From contig JBFGLM010000005.1 of assembly GCA_041576165.1 (NCBI GenBank), positions 64,001 through 128,000 of the forward strand: DNA of 64,000 bases, written 5' to 3'. The DNA comes from Acidimicrobiia bacterium (lineage in GTDB: Bacteria; Actinomycetota; Acidimicrobiia; Spongiisociales; Spongiisociaceae). Positions 20,174-28,946 of this stretch are shown in pieces. Position 1 is the first letter of the stretch, and each line of letters opens with the position of its first letter. A program made the position numbers and the translations under genes. The notes under the pieces were generated by a model, which was not told the origin of the DNA, did not search any database, and was given only the letters and a program-made list of their open reading frames with translations.

Positions 20174-20209
20174 AATGTTGCACGCCGTCCGTAGACGGCG
20201 TGCAACATT
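20174..20209 (-). terminator. Perfect 16-bp hairpin with C(UACG)G loop; probable intrinsic terminator
   Basis: Plus strand AATGTTGCACGCCGTC-CGTA-GACGGCGTGCAACATT; on the minus strand the loop reads TACG and the 3' arm runs into TTTT. Confidence 0.6.
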
Positions 20210-20346
20210 GTAACTCTGCCATCACCTACACAGCGATCATGAGCGAGCGGGAACCCTCCGGTTGGGAACGCTTGGTTCCTGGGGTTGCGAACCAACTCGA
20301 TACGACGTCAACGTGGCGCGACCGCTTGCGGATGCGCCGCTCCGTC

Positions 20347-20817
20347 TCAGACCTCAGCCCCCTCCATGGAACCGGTGAGCTTTGCCAGGTTCAGGTCGTA
20401 CAACAGGCAGGCGATTTCTCGGTCACCGGCGTCCCAGCTGTCGATCGTTGGCGACAGGTACGAGATGTCGAGGCTGGACGACTCGTACGTAGTACCGACG
20501 TACGACTCGAAGGCCGGCAGGCAGTTCTCGAACGCGGCGTCATCGATTGCCGTGTCACCCGGGAAATCCCCGTCGGGCAGATCGAACGTGTGGTAGATCT
20601 CGTTGTCGTGCGGCTGCGCGCACGGCACCGCATCGACATTTGCGATTTCGCCGAACTCCGTCGGGTCATCGAAGCAATCACCGACCTGAAGGGCGAAGAC
20701 GTCCTCGCTGCCGGCCTCGATGATGGCACCGGCGTCATCGCGCTGGGCGCCGCCGCAGGCAGCGAGCGCGAGAAGACAGACAATGAAGATCGAGCGTAGG
20801 CGGACAGAAGTAGGCAT
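20347..20817 (-). CDS. Septum_form family lipoprotein
   Basis: Lipobox LAAC; LQVGDCFD, VPCAQPHDNE, C..AFESYVG, PT.DSWDAGDREIAC. Confidence 0.82.
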   Translation of the reverse strand: MPTSVRLRSIFIVCLLALAACGGAQRDDAGAIIEAGSEDVFALQVGDCFDDPTEFGEIANVDAVPCAQPHDNEIYHTFDLPDGDFPGDTAIDDAAFENCLPAFESYVGTTYESSSLDISYLSPTIDSWDAGDREIACLLYDLNLAKLTGSMEGAEV

Positions 20818-20873
20818 GCGTACAAATATCGGAAGTCCCCAGCTGGGCCTGAACGATTTCGGGCGGCCGGCCA

Positions 20874-22241
20874 TCATGGCGATGGGCGCTCGTATCCGAT
20901 GAGATCGGTGGCCTCCAAATGGCGACCCAGAGCCAGCAACCTTCGCTCCGACCACCATGGCCCAATGAACTGGATCGAGTGAGGTGGGGCACCGCTATCT
21001 CGCAGCGGAACTGTCAGCGCCGGGCACCACATCTGATTGACAGTTGCAGTGAAATAGGCGAGGACGTGGCGATGATTCTGTGCAACACCGTTCACGTCGA
21101 TGGTGTCCCGGCCGATGACCTTGCGGGGGTGTCCGACTGTGGGGGTGGCGAGCACGTCGACCGACCGAAAGACCCGCCGGGCGGCCCCGACCAAGCCCGC
21201 CTGCCAGCGTCTCGCGTCGATGAGTTCGTCCAGCGTGACCTCCATGGCGGCGGCCAGCCTGGCCCCGATTTCTGGGCCGTACCGCTTGTCGGGGTCGGTG
21301 AACCAACTGCGGTGGTAGGCGGCTGCCTCCGCCGCAGACAGCGTCCAGCCCAGGCGGTCGGGCGCCAGCGTGGGTGCAGCAAGCTCCCCTATGTCGGCGT
21401 CCAGGTCGGACAGGCGGTCGAGTGCCTGTTGGAAGGCGTCGCGGGCCTCCCGTGTGGCCGGCGCCTCGTCCAGCCATTGGGTGGGCAGCCCGACCCGGAG
21501 CCCGGCCAACGCGATATCTTCTGGGCTGTCCTCGACCGCCGCCGACCACGGATCTTGCGGATCATCCCCGGCCATCACCTCGAAGGCCAGCTGGGCGCCG
21601 TCGACCGATGAGGCTATGGGCCCCACGGTGTCCAGCGATTCGGCCAGTGGCACGACGCCGGAAATCGGGATCCGCCCGTGTGTCACCTTCAAGCCCACGG
21701 CGCCGCACAGTGCGGCCGGCACTCGCACCGACCCTCCGGTGTCGGTGCCGATGGCGAGAGGGACGATGCCGGATCCCACTGCGGCCCCCGAACCGCCGGA
21801 CGAACCACCAGGCGACAGGCTCGGGTCGTAAGGGTTTCTCACGGGCCCGAACCAGTCGTTTTCAGAGTTGAACCCGTACGCAAACTCGTGCAGTCCGGTC
21901 CGGCCGATGACGATCGCTCCGGCCGACTCCATCCGCTCCAACACGGGCGCGGATCGCTCTGCGGTATGGCGATAGAAGCTGGAGCCGGCCGTCGTAACGT
22001 GGCCGGCGTGGTGGATCAGATCCTTGACTGCGATTGGCACTCCTGCCAACGGTCCGAGTGCTGTGCCATCGCCCACCTGCTGGTCGATTCTTCGAGCTCG
22101 CTCCAGAGCCTCGGTGTGGTGGACGTCGGTGAAGGCGTTGAGCTGGTCGGCCTCGGCCGCCGCAAGCGCGGCCTGAGTGACTTCGATGGCTGATTGTGAT
22201 CGGGATCGGACTGCGGCGGAGAGCTGACCGACGGTTACCAC
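20874..22241 (-). CDS. Amidase signature family enzyme (GatA-like)
   Basis: PIAVKDL, GGSSGGS, GTDTGGSVRVPAALCG (Lys-Ser-Ser triad); start could be as far up as 22277. Confidence 0.88.
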   Translation of the reverse strand: MVTVGQLSAAVRSRSQSAIEVTQAALAAAEADQLNAFTDVHHTEALERARRIDQQVGDGTALGPLAGVPIAVKDLIHHAGHVTTAGSSFYRHTAERSAPVLERMESAGAIVIGRTGLHEFAYGFNSENDWFGPVRNPYDPSLSPGGSSGGSGAAVGSGIVPLAIGTDTGGSVRVPAALCGAVGLKVTHGRIPISGVVPLAESLDTVGPIASSVDGAQLAFEVMAGDDPQDPWSAAVEDSPEDIALAGLRVGLPTQWLDEAPATREARDAFQQALDRLSDLDADIGELAAPTLAPDRLGWTLSAAEAAAYHRSWFTDPDKRYGPEIGARLAAAMEVTLDELIDARRWQAGLVGAARRVFRSVDVLATPTVGHPRKVIGRDTIDVNGVAQNHRHVLAYFTATVNQMWCPALTVPLRDSGAPPHSIQFIGPWWSERRLLALGRHLEATDLIGYERPSP

Positions 22242-23326
22242 GACACGTTGCGACTGCTCGGGAATACGTTGATCCACGGCTTGCCCGGCGGCACGGCGAT
22301 GTCGTTGCCGCGCTCATCGGTCAGAGCGAAAACCTCCGTGATCTCATCCCTTTCCCAGCTGCCCTCCATCACGCGACCCTCGGCGAAAACCAGAGCCCGG
22401 CCGCTGCCGGTCGTGTCGAACGCCGGAACCGCCGAGCCGGACCGCCCTGAGGCCGTGTAGCGGTCGGCAAACAGAACGATGAGCGTGTCCGCAGTTATCT
22501 GCTCGACCGTCTCGCCGTCCTCGGTGCGCCAGTTGTGGGGCTCGGACCCGGCGAAGCGGAGGTACTTCTCCCCATCCCATTTCCAGGTCACGCTCATCGT
22601 GCCCGACCAGTTGAAGAAGATGTCTTCGGCGGCGTTCGTTGCGGGGGCGGCAAACTCGCCGAACGTCCACATTGGGGGCGGAGGCGCTTGGTCCAGCTCA
22701 CGCCGCTCCATCACTCCTCGGAGCTCCAGCGTGTTCGTATACAGGTTGTGGGGGGCCCGGCGGAACCCCCGACGGAACGTGATCGGGGACCCGAGATCAC
22801 CGATCAGCGGGACGTCGCTGCCCACGATGACGCTCTGGACCCACGGCTGGGCCCCGGAGATAGTCAGCACCCCATTCAGGGGCCGCACCAGAGTGGGATC
22901 GGTCGGCCGTCCTGAGCGCATCGGGCCGAGGAATTCGGCATCGGAGTGATGGAAGATCGAGATGAACCTCGTCAATCCCGCCTCGACCAGCAGCTCGTAC
23001 ACGGCGTCGGCCTGTTCGATCCCCGACTGGGGACGGGCGTTCCAGTGGTTGTCGATCTTGACGGCCACCACTCGCCGCTCCAGATTGGCCGCCAGCTCCT
23101 CATCCTCAATGGGCAGGCCGTTGATGGGCGAGGTGGGCGCCGCTGGTTCGGTGGTGGTAGTCGTGGGTTGGGTGGTGGTCGTCGGGGCCCCGGTAGTGGT
23201 TGTGGTGGCCACTGTTGTGGTCGTCGACGAGGTTGTGGTGGTCTCTTGAGCGACGTCGCCGGAGCCGCTGCACGCCGTCACGACGAGCGCCAGCAACGTG
23301 AAAGCAGTGAAGAATATGCGTGGCAC
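22235..23326 (-). CDS. DUF3048 domain lipoprotein
   Basis: Lipobox VTAC, Thr-rich linker, VKIDN..NARPQSG, VYELLVEAGLTRF, GPMRSGR, RAPHNLY. Confidence 0.85.
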   Translation of the reverse strand: MPRIFFTAFTLLALVVTACSGSGDVAQETTTTSSTTTTVATTTTTGAPTTTTQPTTTTTEPAAPTSPINGLPIEDEELAANLERRVVAVKIDNHWNARPQSGIEQADAVYELLVEAGLTRFISIFHHSDAEFLGPMRSGRPTDPTLVRPLNGVLTISGAQPWVQSVIVGSDVPLIGDLGSPITFRRGFRRAPHNLYTNTLELRGVMERRELDQAPPPPMWTFGEFAAPATNAAEDIFFNWSGTMSVTWKWDGEKYLRFAGSEPHNWRTEDGETVEQITADTLIVLFADRYTASGRSGSAVPAFDTTGSGRALVFAEGRVMEGSWERDEITEVFALTDERGNDIAVPPGKPWINVFPSSRNVSW

Positions 23327-23390
23327 GGCCGGCGAGTGTACCGAGCATGCTGCGTTAGCCGGAAAACGGAAATGCCCCGGGCGGGCGAAC

Positions 23391-23783
23391 TCAGGCGAGC
23401 GTCTTGTCCGACAGCACCCGCTGCGCCTCGTCCATCCGGTCAACCGCCAGGGCGAAGACTTGGTCCTCGTTCGTCGTGTGAAGCAAGTACATGGCGTCTA
23501 TATTCACCCGGCACTTGGCCAGCTCGTTGGTGAGGTCGGCCAGGCCGCCAGGTTTGTTCGGCACTGTCGTTATCAGCACGTCCCGTTCTTCGAACCCGAC
23601 CCCGGCGTCCCGCAACGTGGCCCGGGTGGCGGCCGCATCATCGGCGACGATGCGGACAAACCCCTCCTCATCCACACCAAACGCGGCCATGGCGTCGATG
23701 TTTACACCCGCCCGAGCGATCAGGGTGGCCAGCGCAGCCAGCATGCCCGGTCGGTTCGACAGCCAAACCGTGAATTCCGTCAT
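23391..23783 (-). CDS. Tandem ACT domain protein
   Basis: Two ACT motifs NRPGMLA...GVNID and NKPGGLA...VNID. Confidence 0.85.
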   Translation of the reverse strand: MTEFTVWLSNRPGMLAALATLIARAGVNIDAMAAFGVDEEGFVRIVADDAAATRATLRDAGVGFEERDVLITTVPNKPGGLADLTNELAKCRVNIDAMYLLHTTNEDQVFALAVDRMDEAQRVLSDKTLA

Positions 23784-24076
23784 GACCCGAGCCTAGGCGT
23801 TCCGACCGGCGTTTTGCAGGGGGAGATTGACCACACCGGCCGGGCCCGTCGGCCTCTAGACATGGCGACCGCTCAGATCGCAGGGCAGTCCCGAGCGATC
23901 TGGCCGTCACAACATTCCGCTTGATTGAGGCCGAACATGGGACAGTCCGAACGTAAGCAGGCCCCATGGCCGTGGAGATACTCCAGTGGCCGGCGACACC
24001 AGGCGCAGAGCATGTCCGGGAGTCAACCAGAAGCCGGCCCCGGGAGCGACCATTTCCGCCCGTGGGGGAAGCACGG

Positions 24077-24547
24077 TCACTTGATCGGTCCCATGGTGCC
24101 GAGCGGCCAGTACCGAAACGCCACCCGCCCCTCGACCAGGCCGACGGGAATCGGCCCGAGCAGGCGGCTGTCCCCAGCAGAGACGTACCGGTTGTCTCCC
24201 ACGACGAAAATGGTTCCGGGAGGCACGGTCCAGCTACCGGCGCCGGGTGTCGGCGCGCCGTCGACCGCCGCCCCGTTTCGGGTCAGTCGGCCGTCCTGGA
24301 CGCTGATTTCGTCGCCGGGCAATCCAACGACTCGTTTGACGAGCCAGAAGCCCTGCTCCACCGGGTGTTCGAAGATCACCACATCGCCGACGCCGAGTGC
24401 CGCACTGCGCCGAGATGCCAGGACGTAGTCGCCCGGTGCCAGGCTCGGCTGCATCGACCGTTCGCTGACTTCGAAGCGGTGGTAGGTAGAGGCCCAGCGA
24501 GCCGCCGCCCAGCCAGCCAGGATCGCAAGGAGAAGTCGAAGGCGCAT
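24077..24547 (-). CDS. sodX: S26 peptidase; nickel-SOD maturation protease
   Basis: VSERSMQPSL, LVKRVVGLPGD, VVGDN...DSR..G; divergent from sodN. Confidence 0.78.
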   Translation of the reverse strand: MRLRLLLAILAGWAAARWASTYHRFEVSERSMQPSLAPGDYVLASRRSAALGVGDVVIFEHPVEQGFWLVKRVVGLPGDEISVQDGRLTRNGAAVDGAPTPGAGSWTVPPGTIFVVGDNRYVSAGDSRLLGPIPVGLVEGRVAFRYWPLGTMGPIK

Positions 24548-24646
24548 CGGGGGGCTGGGTTGTCCTATGTCGGGCCGGGACCGATCGGCGTCGGCTCTGA
24601 TGACGGCAGTGTATCGTCTGGGAGCCCACGTCTTTCGGAGGTGACC

Positions 24647-25063
24647 ATGGGACTCTTCAAACCGGCCCGCACGGCCCACGCACACTGTGACCTCTTTTGC
24701 GGTGTGTACGACCCCGCCCAGGCCCGCATCGAGGCCGAGTCGGTCCTCAAGGCGGCCGAGAAGTACCATGCCAGCGATGACGATGTCTTCCGGGCACGGG
24801 CGATCGCCATCAAGGAATCCCAGGCTGAGCTCGTGAAGCACCATCTCTCGGTGCTCTGGACCGACTTCTTCAAGCCTCACCACCTCGAACAATTTCCCCA
24901 ACTGCATGACATGTTCTGGCAGGCGATCAAGGCGGCGGGTGACGCCAAGAAGTCGATGGATCCGGCGGATTCGCAGGACCTGATCGACAAGATCGAGGCG
25001 ATCGCCGACGTCTTCTGGCAGACCGACGAGTCGAAGACTGTGGGGCTGTATCCGCCCAGCTGA
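24647..25063 (+). CDS. sodN: Nickel superoxide dismutase precursor
   Basis: Short leader MGLFKPARTAHA, then Ni-hook HCDLFCGVYDPAQARIEA; VKHHLSVLWTDFFKP; IADVFWQT. Confidence 0.92.
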   Translation: MGLFKPARTAHAHCDLFCGVYDPAQARIEAESVLKAAEKYHASDDDVFRARAIAIKESQAELVKHHLSVLWTDFFKPHHLEQFPQLHDMFWQAIKAAGDAKKSMDPADSQDLIDKIEAIADVFWQTDESKTVGLYPPS

Positions 25064-25126
25064 TCTGCGCTGGCCGCGCGGTGACGGCCGCCCTCGGGGG
25101 TGGCCGTCACGCGTCGGGCAGGCGGG

Positions 25127-25882
25127 TCATTCGCGGGCCAGGTCCAAGGTCCGCAGTACCCAAGTGGTCAACGCCACGGACAGGGTGAACAGGACCGCCA
25201 CTTTGGCCACAGCTCCGCCAACGCCGGGTACGACGTTGCCTAACAGCTCGTCGAGCACTTCGCGCCCGTCCGCGGTGAGACGGCCGACATCGCCGAAAGC
25301 CGAGAGGGCGGTCCGGAACACCGAAAAGGTGGAGACGCCCTGCACGAAAGAGCCGAGGATCGATTCCCAGACGAACACGAAAGCCAGGCCGACCAACGTC
25401 GGCCGACCTATCAGCAGCCCGAGGGGGACGAACACCGCGGCGTAGCCGATCGCCGAGATGACCAACGCAACGGTGGGGGTCAATCCGACCGTGGCATCAC
25501 CGAGCGCCACGGCCGCCACGATCCAGCCGGCGCCGATTCCGATTCCTCCGACTACCAGTGTCGCCACTATCGCAGTCACGGTCACCGACGAGGCGATGAC
25601 CCAGCGCGATACCGGCTTGACGATCAGAAACGGCAGGGTCTGGTTCCTTCGTTCTTCGCCGAACCCGGCACTGGCCAGCACCAGCGCGGTCACCGGCAGT
25701 GCGATAACCATCAGCACCGTCACGTTGAGTGCGGTGTAGATGGACCTGATGTCTTCTCGTGAATTGCCGAACGTCACGAAGAACAGGACACCGGCCGGCA
25801 TCGATGTGAGCAGCGACAGGCCGATGAGGCGTCGCACCCGCAGGAGCCGGGCCAGCACGTTTTGGACGATTGCCAGGTTCAT
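25127..25882 (-). CDS. ABC-2 type transporter permease
   Basis: About 6 TM helices, EERRNQTL.FL..KPVSR motif; in ABC operon. Confidence 0.82.
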   Translation of the reverse strand: MNLAIVQNVLARLLRVRRLIGLSLLTSMPAGVLFFVTFGNSREDIRSIYTALNVTVLMVIALPVTALVLASAGFGEERRNQTLPFLIVKPVSRWVIASSVTVTAIVATLVVGGIGIGAGWIVAAVALGDATVGLTPTVALVISAIGYAAVFVPLGLLIGRPTLVGLAFVFVWESILGSFVQGVSTFSVFRTALSAFGDVGRLTADGREVLDELLGNVVPGVGGAVAKVAVLFTLSVALTTWVLRTLDLARE

Positions 25883-26823
25883 CGCCCATCCACCAGGTAT
25901 CGGAACACCGATTCCAGCGACTCGTCCTCCGGCTCGACCTTGATGATCCGCACCGCGGCGTCCCGGGCGGCGCCGGGCAGCATTTGTGCGAACGCCACAG
26001 GTTCGGCCGACTGCACGTGGAGCATCCCGTCTTCGATTTGGATGCCGGTCACGTATGCAGCTGGAAGCAGGACCTGCGCCAGACGGCGCGGGTCGGACGC
26101 ATCGATCCGGATCCGGCGCGGGATATGCGACAAGGAATCACGCAATGCCGAGACCGTGCCGGCGGCCGCGAGGCGGCCATCAACCATGGCGATCACCCGA
26201 TCGGCCATTCGCTCGACTTCGGCCAGGACGTGTGAGGAGACGACGACCGTGCGACCCTGCTGCCCCAGGGTCCGGAACACGTTGATCAGCTGCGCCCGCT
26301 GGGCCGGGTCGGTGCCGTTCAGCGGCTCATCCAAGAAGAGCACGTCGGGATCGTGGACGAGGGCAGAGGCAACCTTGGCGCGTTGACGCATCCCTTTCGA
26401 ATACGTCGCCAGCTTTCGGTCGGCGTCGTCGGACAAACCGACGGTGCGCAGGGCGCGAGCGGCCGCAACCGCAGGCTCCGGAGTTCTCGTCAGCTCTGCG
26501 CTCCAGCGGATGAAGCCGCGGGCCGACAGGTGTTCGTATACCGCCTCGTCCTCCGGAACCAGCCCCACGCGGCGGTAGATCTCCGGATGGGCTCTGGGAT
26601 TACCACCATGTATCGCCACGGACCCGGCGGAGGGAACCAGTATCCCGGTCATGAGGCGCAGTAACGTCGTTTTGCCGGCCCCGTTCGGGCCGAGCCATCC
26701 GGTTACCCCCGGGCCGAAGGAGCAGGCAATGTCGGATACGGCCACCTTCTGGCCGAACCACTTGCTGACGTTGTCCAGCTCGACGGTCGGCTCCGCCACG
26801 AACAAGGCTGCCGGGCCCGTCAC
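25879..26823 (-). CDS. ABC transporter ATP-binding protein
   Basis: GPNGAGKTT, YSKGMRQR, FLDEPLNG, SSH. Confidence 0.9.
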   Translation of the reverse strand: MTGPAALFVAEPTVELDNVSKWFGQKVAVSDIACSFGPGVTGWLGPNGAGKTTLLRLMTGILVPSAGSVAIHGGNPRAHPEIYRRVGLVPEDEAVYEHLSARGFIRWSAELTRTPEPAVAAARALRTVGLSDDADRKLATYSKGMRQRAKVASALVHDPDVLFLDEPLNGTDPAQRAQLINVFRTLGQQGRTVVVSSHVLAEVERMADRVIAMVDGRLAAAGTVSALRDSLSHIPRRIRIDASDPRRLAQVLLPAAYVTGIQIEDGMLHVQSAEPVAFAQMLPGAARDAAVRIIKVEPEDESLESVFRYLVDGR

Positions 26824-27725
26824 GCGATCCTCCGATATTGCCATCGCGTCACGAGTGCTGCCACGATCACCAACAGCGCTGCTACGACCAGCGACGCCCA
26901 GGGCGCAAACCCAGCTCGTTCGGGCAGATGCTCGATCGTGTCGATGTCGAAGATCCAGTCCCGCACGTACCGGGGATGCTGCTCCACAGCCACCAGCCCG
27001 AACCAGCGGCCGATCGCGAGGTTGGTTCCTTCGATGAAGAACGCGGCCGTGGCGTTGAGGATGAACATCGTTCCAAGGAACAGCCCGGCGGCCGCCCCAA
27101 CTCGCGGGACGAACGCAGCGATCATCACGGCGACGGAGGCGTGAACCGCGAAATAGACGAGAGCCGCCGCCGGGATCTTCCACAGTACGTCCAGATGGGC
27201 GCCGAGATAGGAGAGAAAGCCCGCCCGGTCCACTGCAGCCAGACCGATGTGGAAAGCGAGTTGCGGCACCAGATAGAAACTGAGGATCAGTGAGCCGAGC
27301 GCCGCCAGCTTGCCCAGCAGGTAGAGATCGCTGTCGAGCGGCCGCGAGAAATAGACGTTGAGCACACCTTGGACCCGGTCCGGCACAAATAGCTCGGCCG
27401 CCGCCAGCGACATGAACAGCAGGGCCACGACCGAGATGAAATCGAAGTATTCGCCGTAACCGGGGAGCAGCTCCTGTCCTTCGCCGGGAGCGATGGGGGC
27501 GTTTGCGGCCACCCAGTGGATGCCGATGAGGATGGCCACCGAGGCGAGCGCCAAGCTGATGAGAAACCATGGCAGAACTTTGCGCCGCGCCTTGCGGCGT
27601 AGGCCCAGCACCCGACGGTAGCCCTCCCGGACGATCGCGCCGACCGCACCTCGCGATCCGGTGCGGTGGCCGTCGTAGCCGCGGTAGCCGCGATCGACGA
27701 TGACGGCGTCGCTGCGCTCACTCAC
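26820..27725 (-). CDS. ABC-2 type transporter permease
   Basis: DRGYRGYDG N-terminus, DR..GVLNVYFSRPL..DLYLLGK; multiple TM helices. Confidence 0.82.
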   Translation of the reverse strand: MSERSDAVIVDRGYRGYDGHRTGSRGAVGAIVREGYRRVLGLRRKARRKVLPWFLISLALASVAILIGIHWVAANAPIAPGEGQELLPGYGEYFDFISVVALLFMSLAAAELFVPDRVQGVLNVYFSRPLDSDLYLLGKLAALGSLILSFYLVPQLAFHIGLAAVDRAGFLSYLGAHLDVLWKIPAAALVYFAVHASVAVMIAAFVPRVGAAAGLFLGTMFILNATAAFFIEGTNLAIGRWFGLVAVEQHPRYVRDWIFDIDTIEHLPERAGFAPWASLVVAALLVIVAALVTRWQYRRIA

Positions 27726-28624
27726 CGGGCGCCTCCCAGGAAGAGATCCTCGAGACTGGTCAGCGACGTCCCCATGCGCCGCAAGCCGAGCTGGTGCTCG
27801 GCGAGCGTGTCGCGGACCAGATCGAACACGTCCGCGCCGCCCCGATAGACGACGCGCACGATCTGGCCGTCGACACGGGCTTCGGCCCCCCTGGCGGAGA
27901 GGGCAGCTGCCAGCTTGCGGGGATCACCGATTATCTCCACGCTGACCTCGTCGCCCCCGGCCGGCGGCTCGAGCGGGGCGTTGCGGATCAGCCGACCGGC
28001 GTCGAACATCACGACCCAATCGCACGTCTGCTCGATGTCCTCGAGTATGTGCGATGAGAAGATCACGTTGATCCCGAACTCGCGCAGGCGCCGGATCAGC
28101 GACAGCATCTGCTCGCGCCCCGCCGGATCCAACCCCGAGGCGGGCTCGTCGAGCAGCACGAGTTCCGGATCGCCCACGATGCTCTGCGCCAGCTTGACCC
28201 GCTGTTGCATTCCGGTCGAGAAGTCGCCCAGGTAGCGGAACCGCTCCTCGTGCAATCCGACCAGGAATAGTGTCTCGGACGACCGCCGGCGAGCTTCGCT
28301 GGCTGGCATTCCCGCCAGCTCCGCGGCAAATGCGACGAAGTCGGCCGCGGTTTGATCGAGCGGCAGACATTTGCCTTCGGGCATGTAGCCAACTCGGGCT
28401 CGCACCGCCAGCGGGTCGGCGGCCACGGGCGTGCCGAGCACTGTGACGGAGCCGGCCGCAGGATGGAGCAATCCCAGGATGATTCGTAGGAGGGTGGTCT
28501 TGCCGGCACCATTGGCGCCGACCAATCCGACGACCCCCTGGGGAATCTCGACGTCGACGTTGTCGAGGGCGAGGACTGTTCCCCCGTAGTCGTGGCTGAG
28601 GGCCGACGTCTCGACGAGGGTCAT
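27722..28624 (-). CDS. ABC transporter ATP-binding protein
   Basis: GANGAGKTT, FSTGMQQR, LLDEPASGLDP, SSH. Confidence 0.9.
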   Translation of the reverse strand: MTLVETSALSHDYGGTVLALDNVDVEIPQGVVGLVGANGAGKTTLLRIILGLLHPAAGSVTVLGTPVAADPLAVRARVGYMPEGKCLPLDQTAADFVAFAAELAGMPASEARRRSSETLFLVGLHEERFRYLGDFSTGMQQRVKLAQSIVGDPELVLLDEPASGLDPAGREQMLSLIRRLREFGINVIFSSHILEDIEQTCDWVVMFDAGRLIRNAPLEPPAGGDEVSVEIIGDPRKLAAALSARGAEARVDGQIVRVVYRGGADVFDLVRDTLAEHQLGLRRMGTSLTSLEDLFLGGAR

Positions 28625-28628
28625 CCGG

Positions 28629-28859
28629 TCAGGAGGCGTCGGGGCTGCTGCGCCGCCGGATGATGCCGCGCCGTTCGAGCGGTTCCCGGATCTTGTTGAC
28701 CGTCCGCCGCGCCCACAGGAACTCCCGGCTCAGCACGAGCAGCCCGCCGATCACCAGGGCCCATCCCGGCAGTATCGGCAAGACGATGCCGGCCAGGCCC
28801 AGGACGATCAGCGCGATGCCGATCAGTCCGGTTCCGATGCGCACGATTGCTCGCCCCAT
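28629..28859 (-). CDS. Small membrane protein, PGPGW-like family
   Basis: GIALIVLGLAGIVLPILPGWALVIGGLLVLSREFLWARR. Confidence 0.7.
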   Translation of the reverse strand: MGRAIVRIGTGLIGIALIVLGLAGIVLPILPGWALVIGGLLVLSREFLWARRTVNKIREPLERRGIIRRRSSPDAS

Positions 28860-28946
28860 AGCCGTGAGGCTATCCGAATCTCCGGTCAACGGTGACGGCC
28901 TGGGCAACCGAACGGCGGCGCCCAAGGTTTGCCGAAGCGGCCGGAG

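Noticed and set aside
23784-24076. Possible ncRNA in the ACT-sodX gap
   Set aside because: No recognisable RNA family or strong stem seen by eye; cannot be supported without a covariance search
23966-24646. Long N-terminal extension of SodN (365-aa ORF)
   Set aside because: Overlaps sodX on the opposite strand; the real start is ATG 24647 behind a GGAGG RBS
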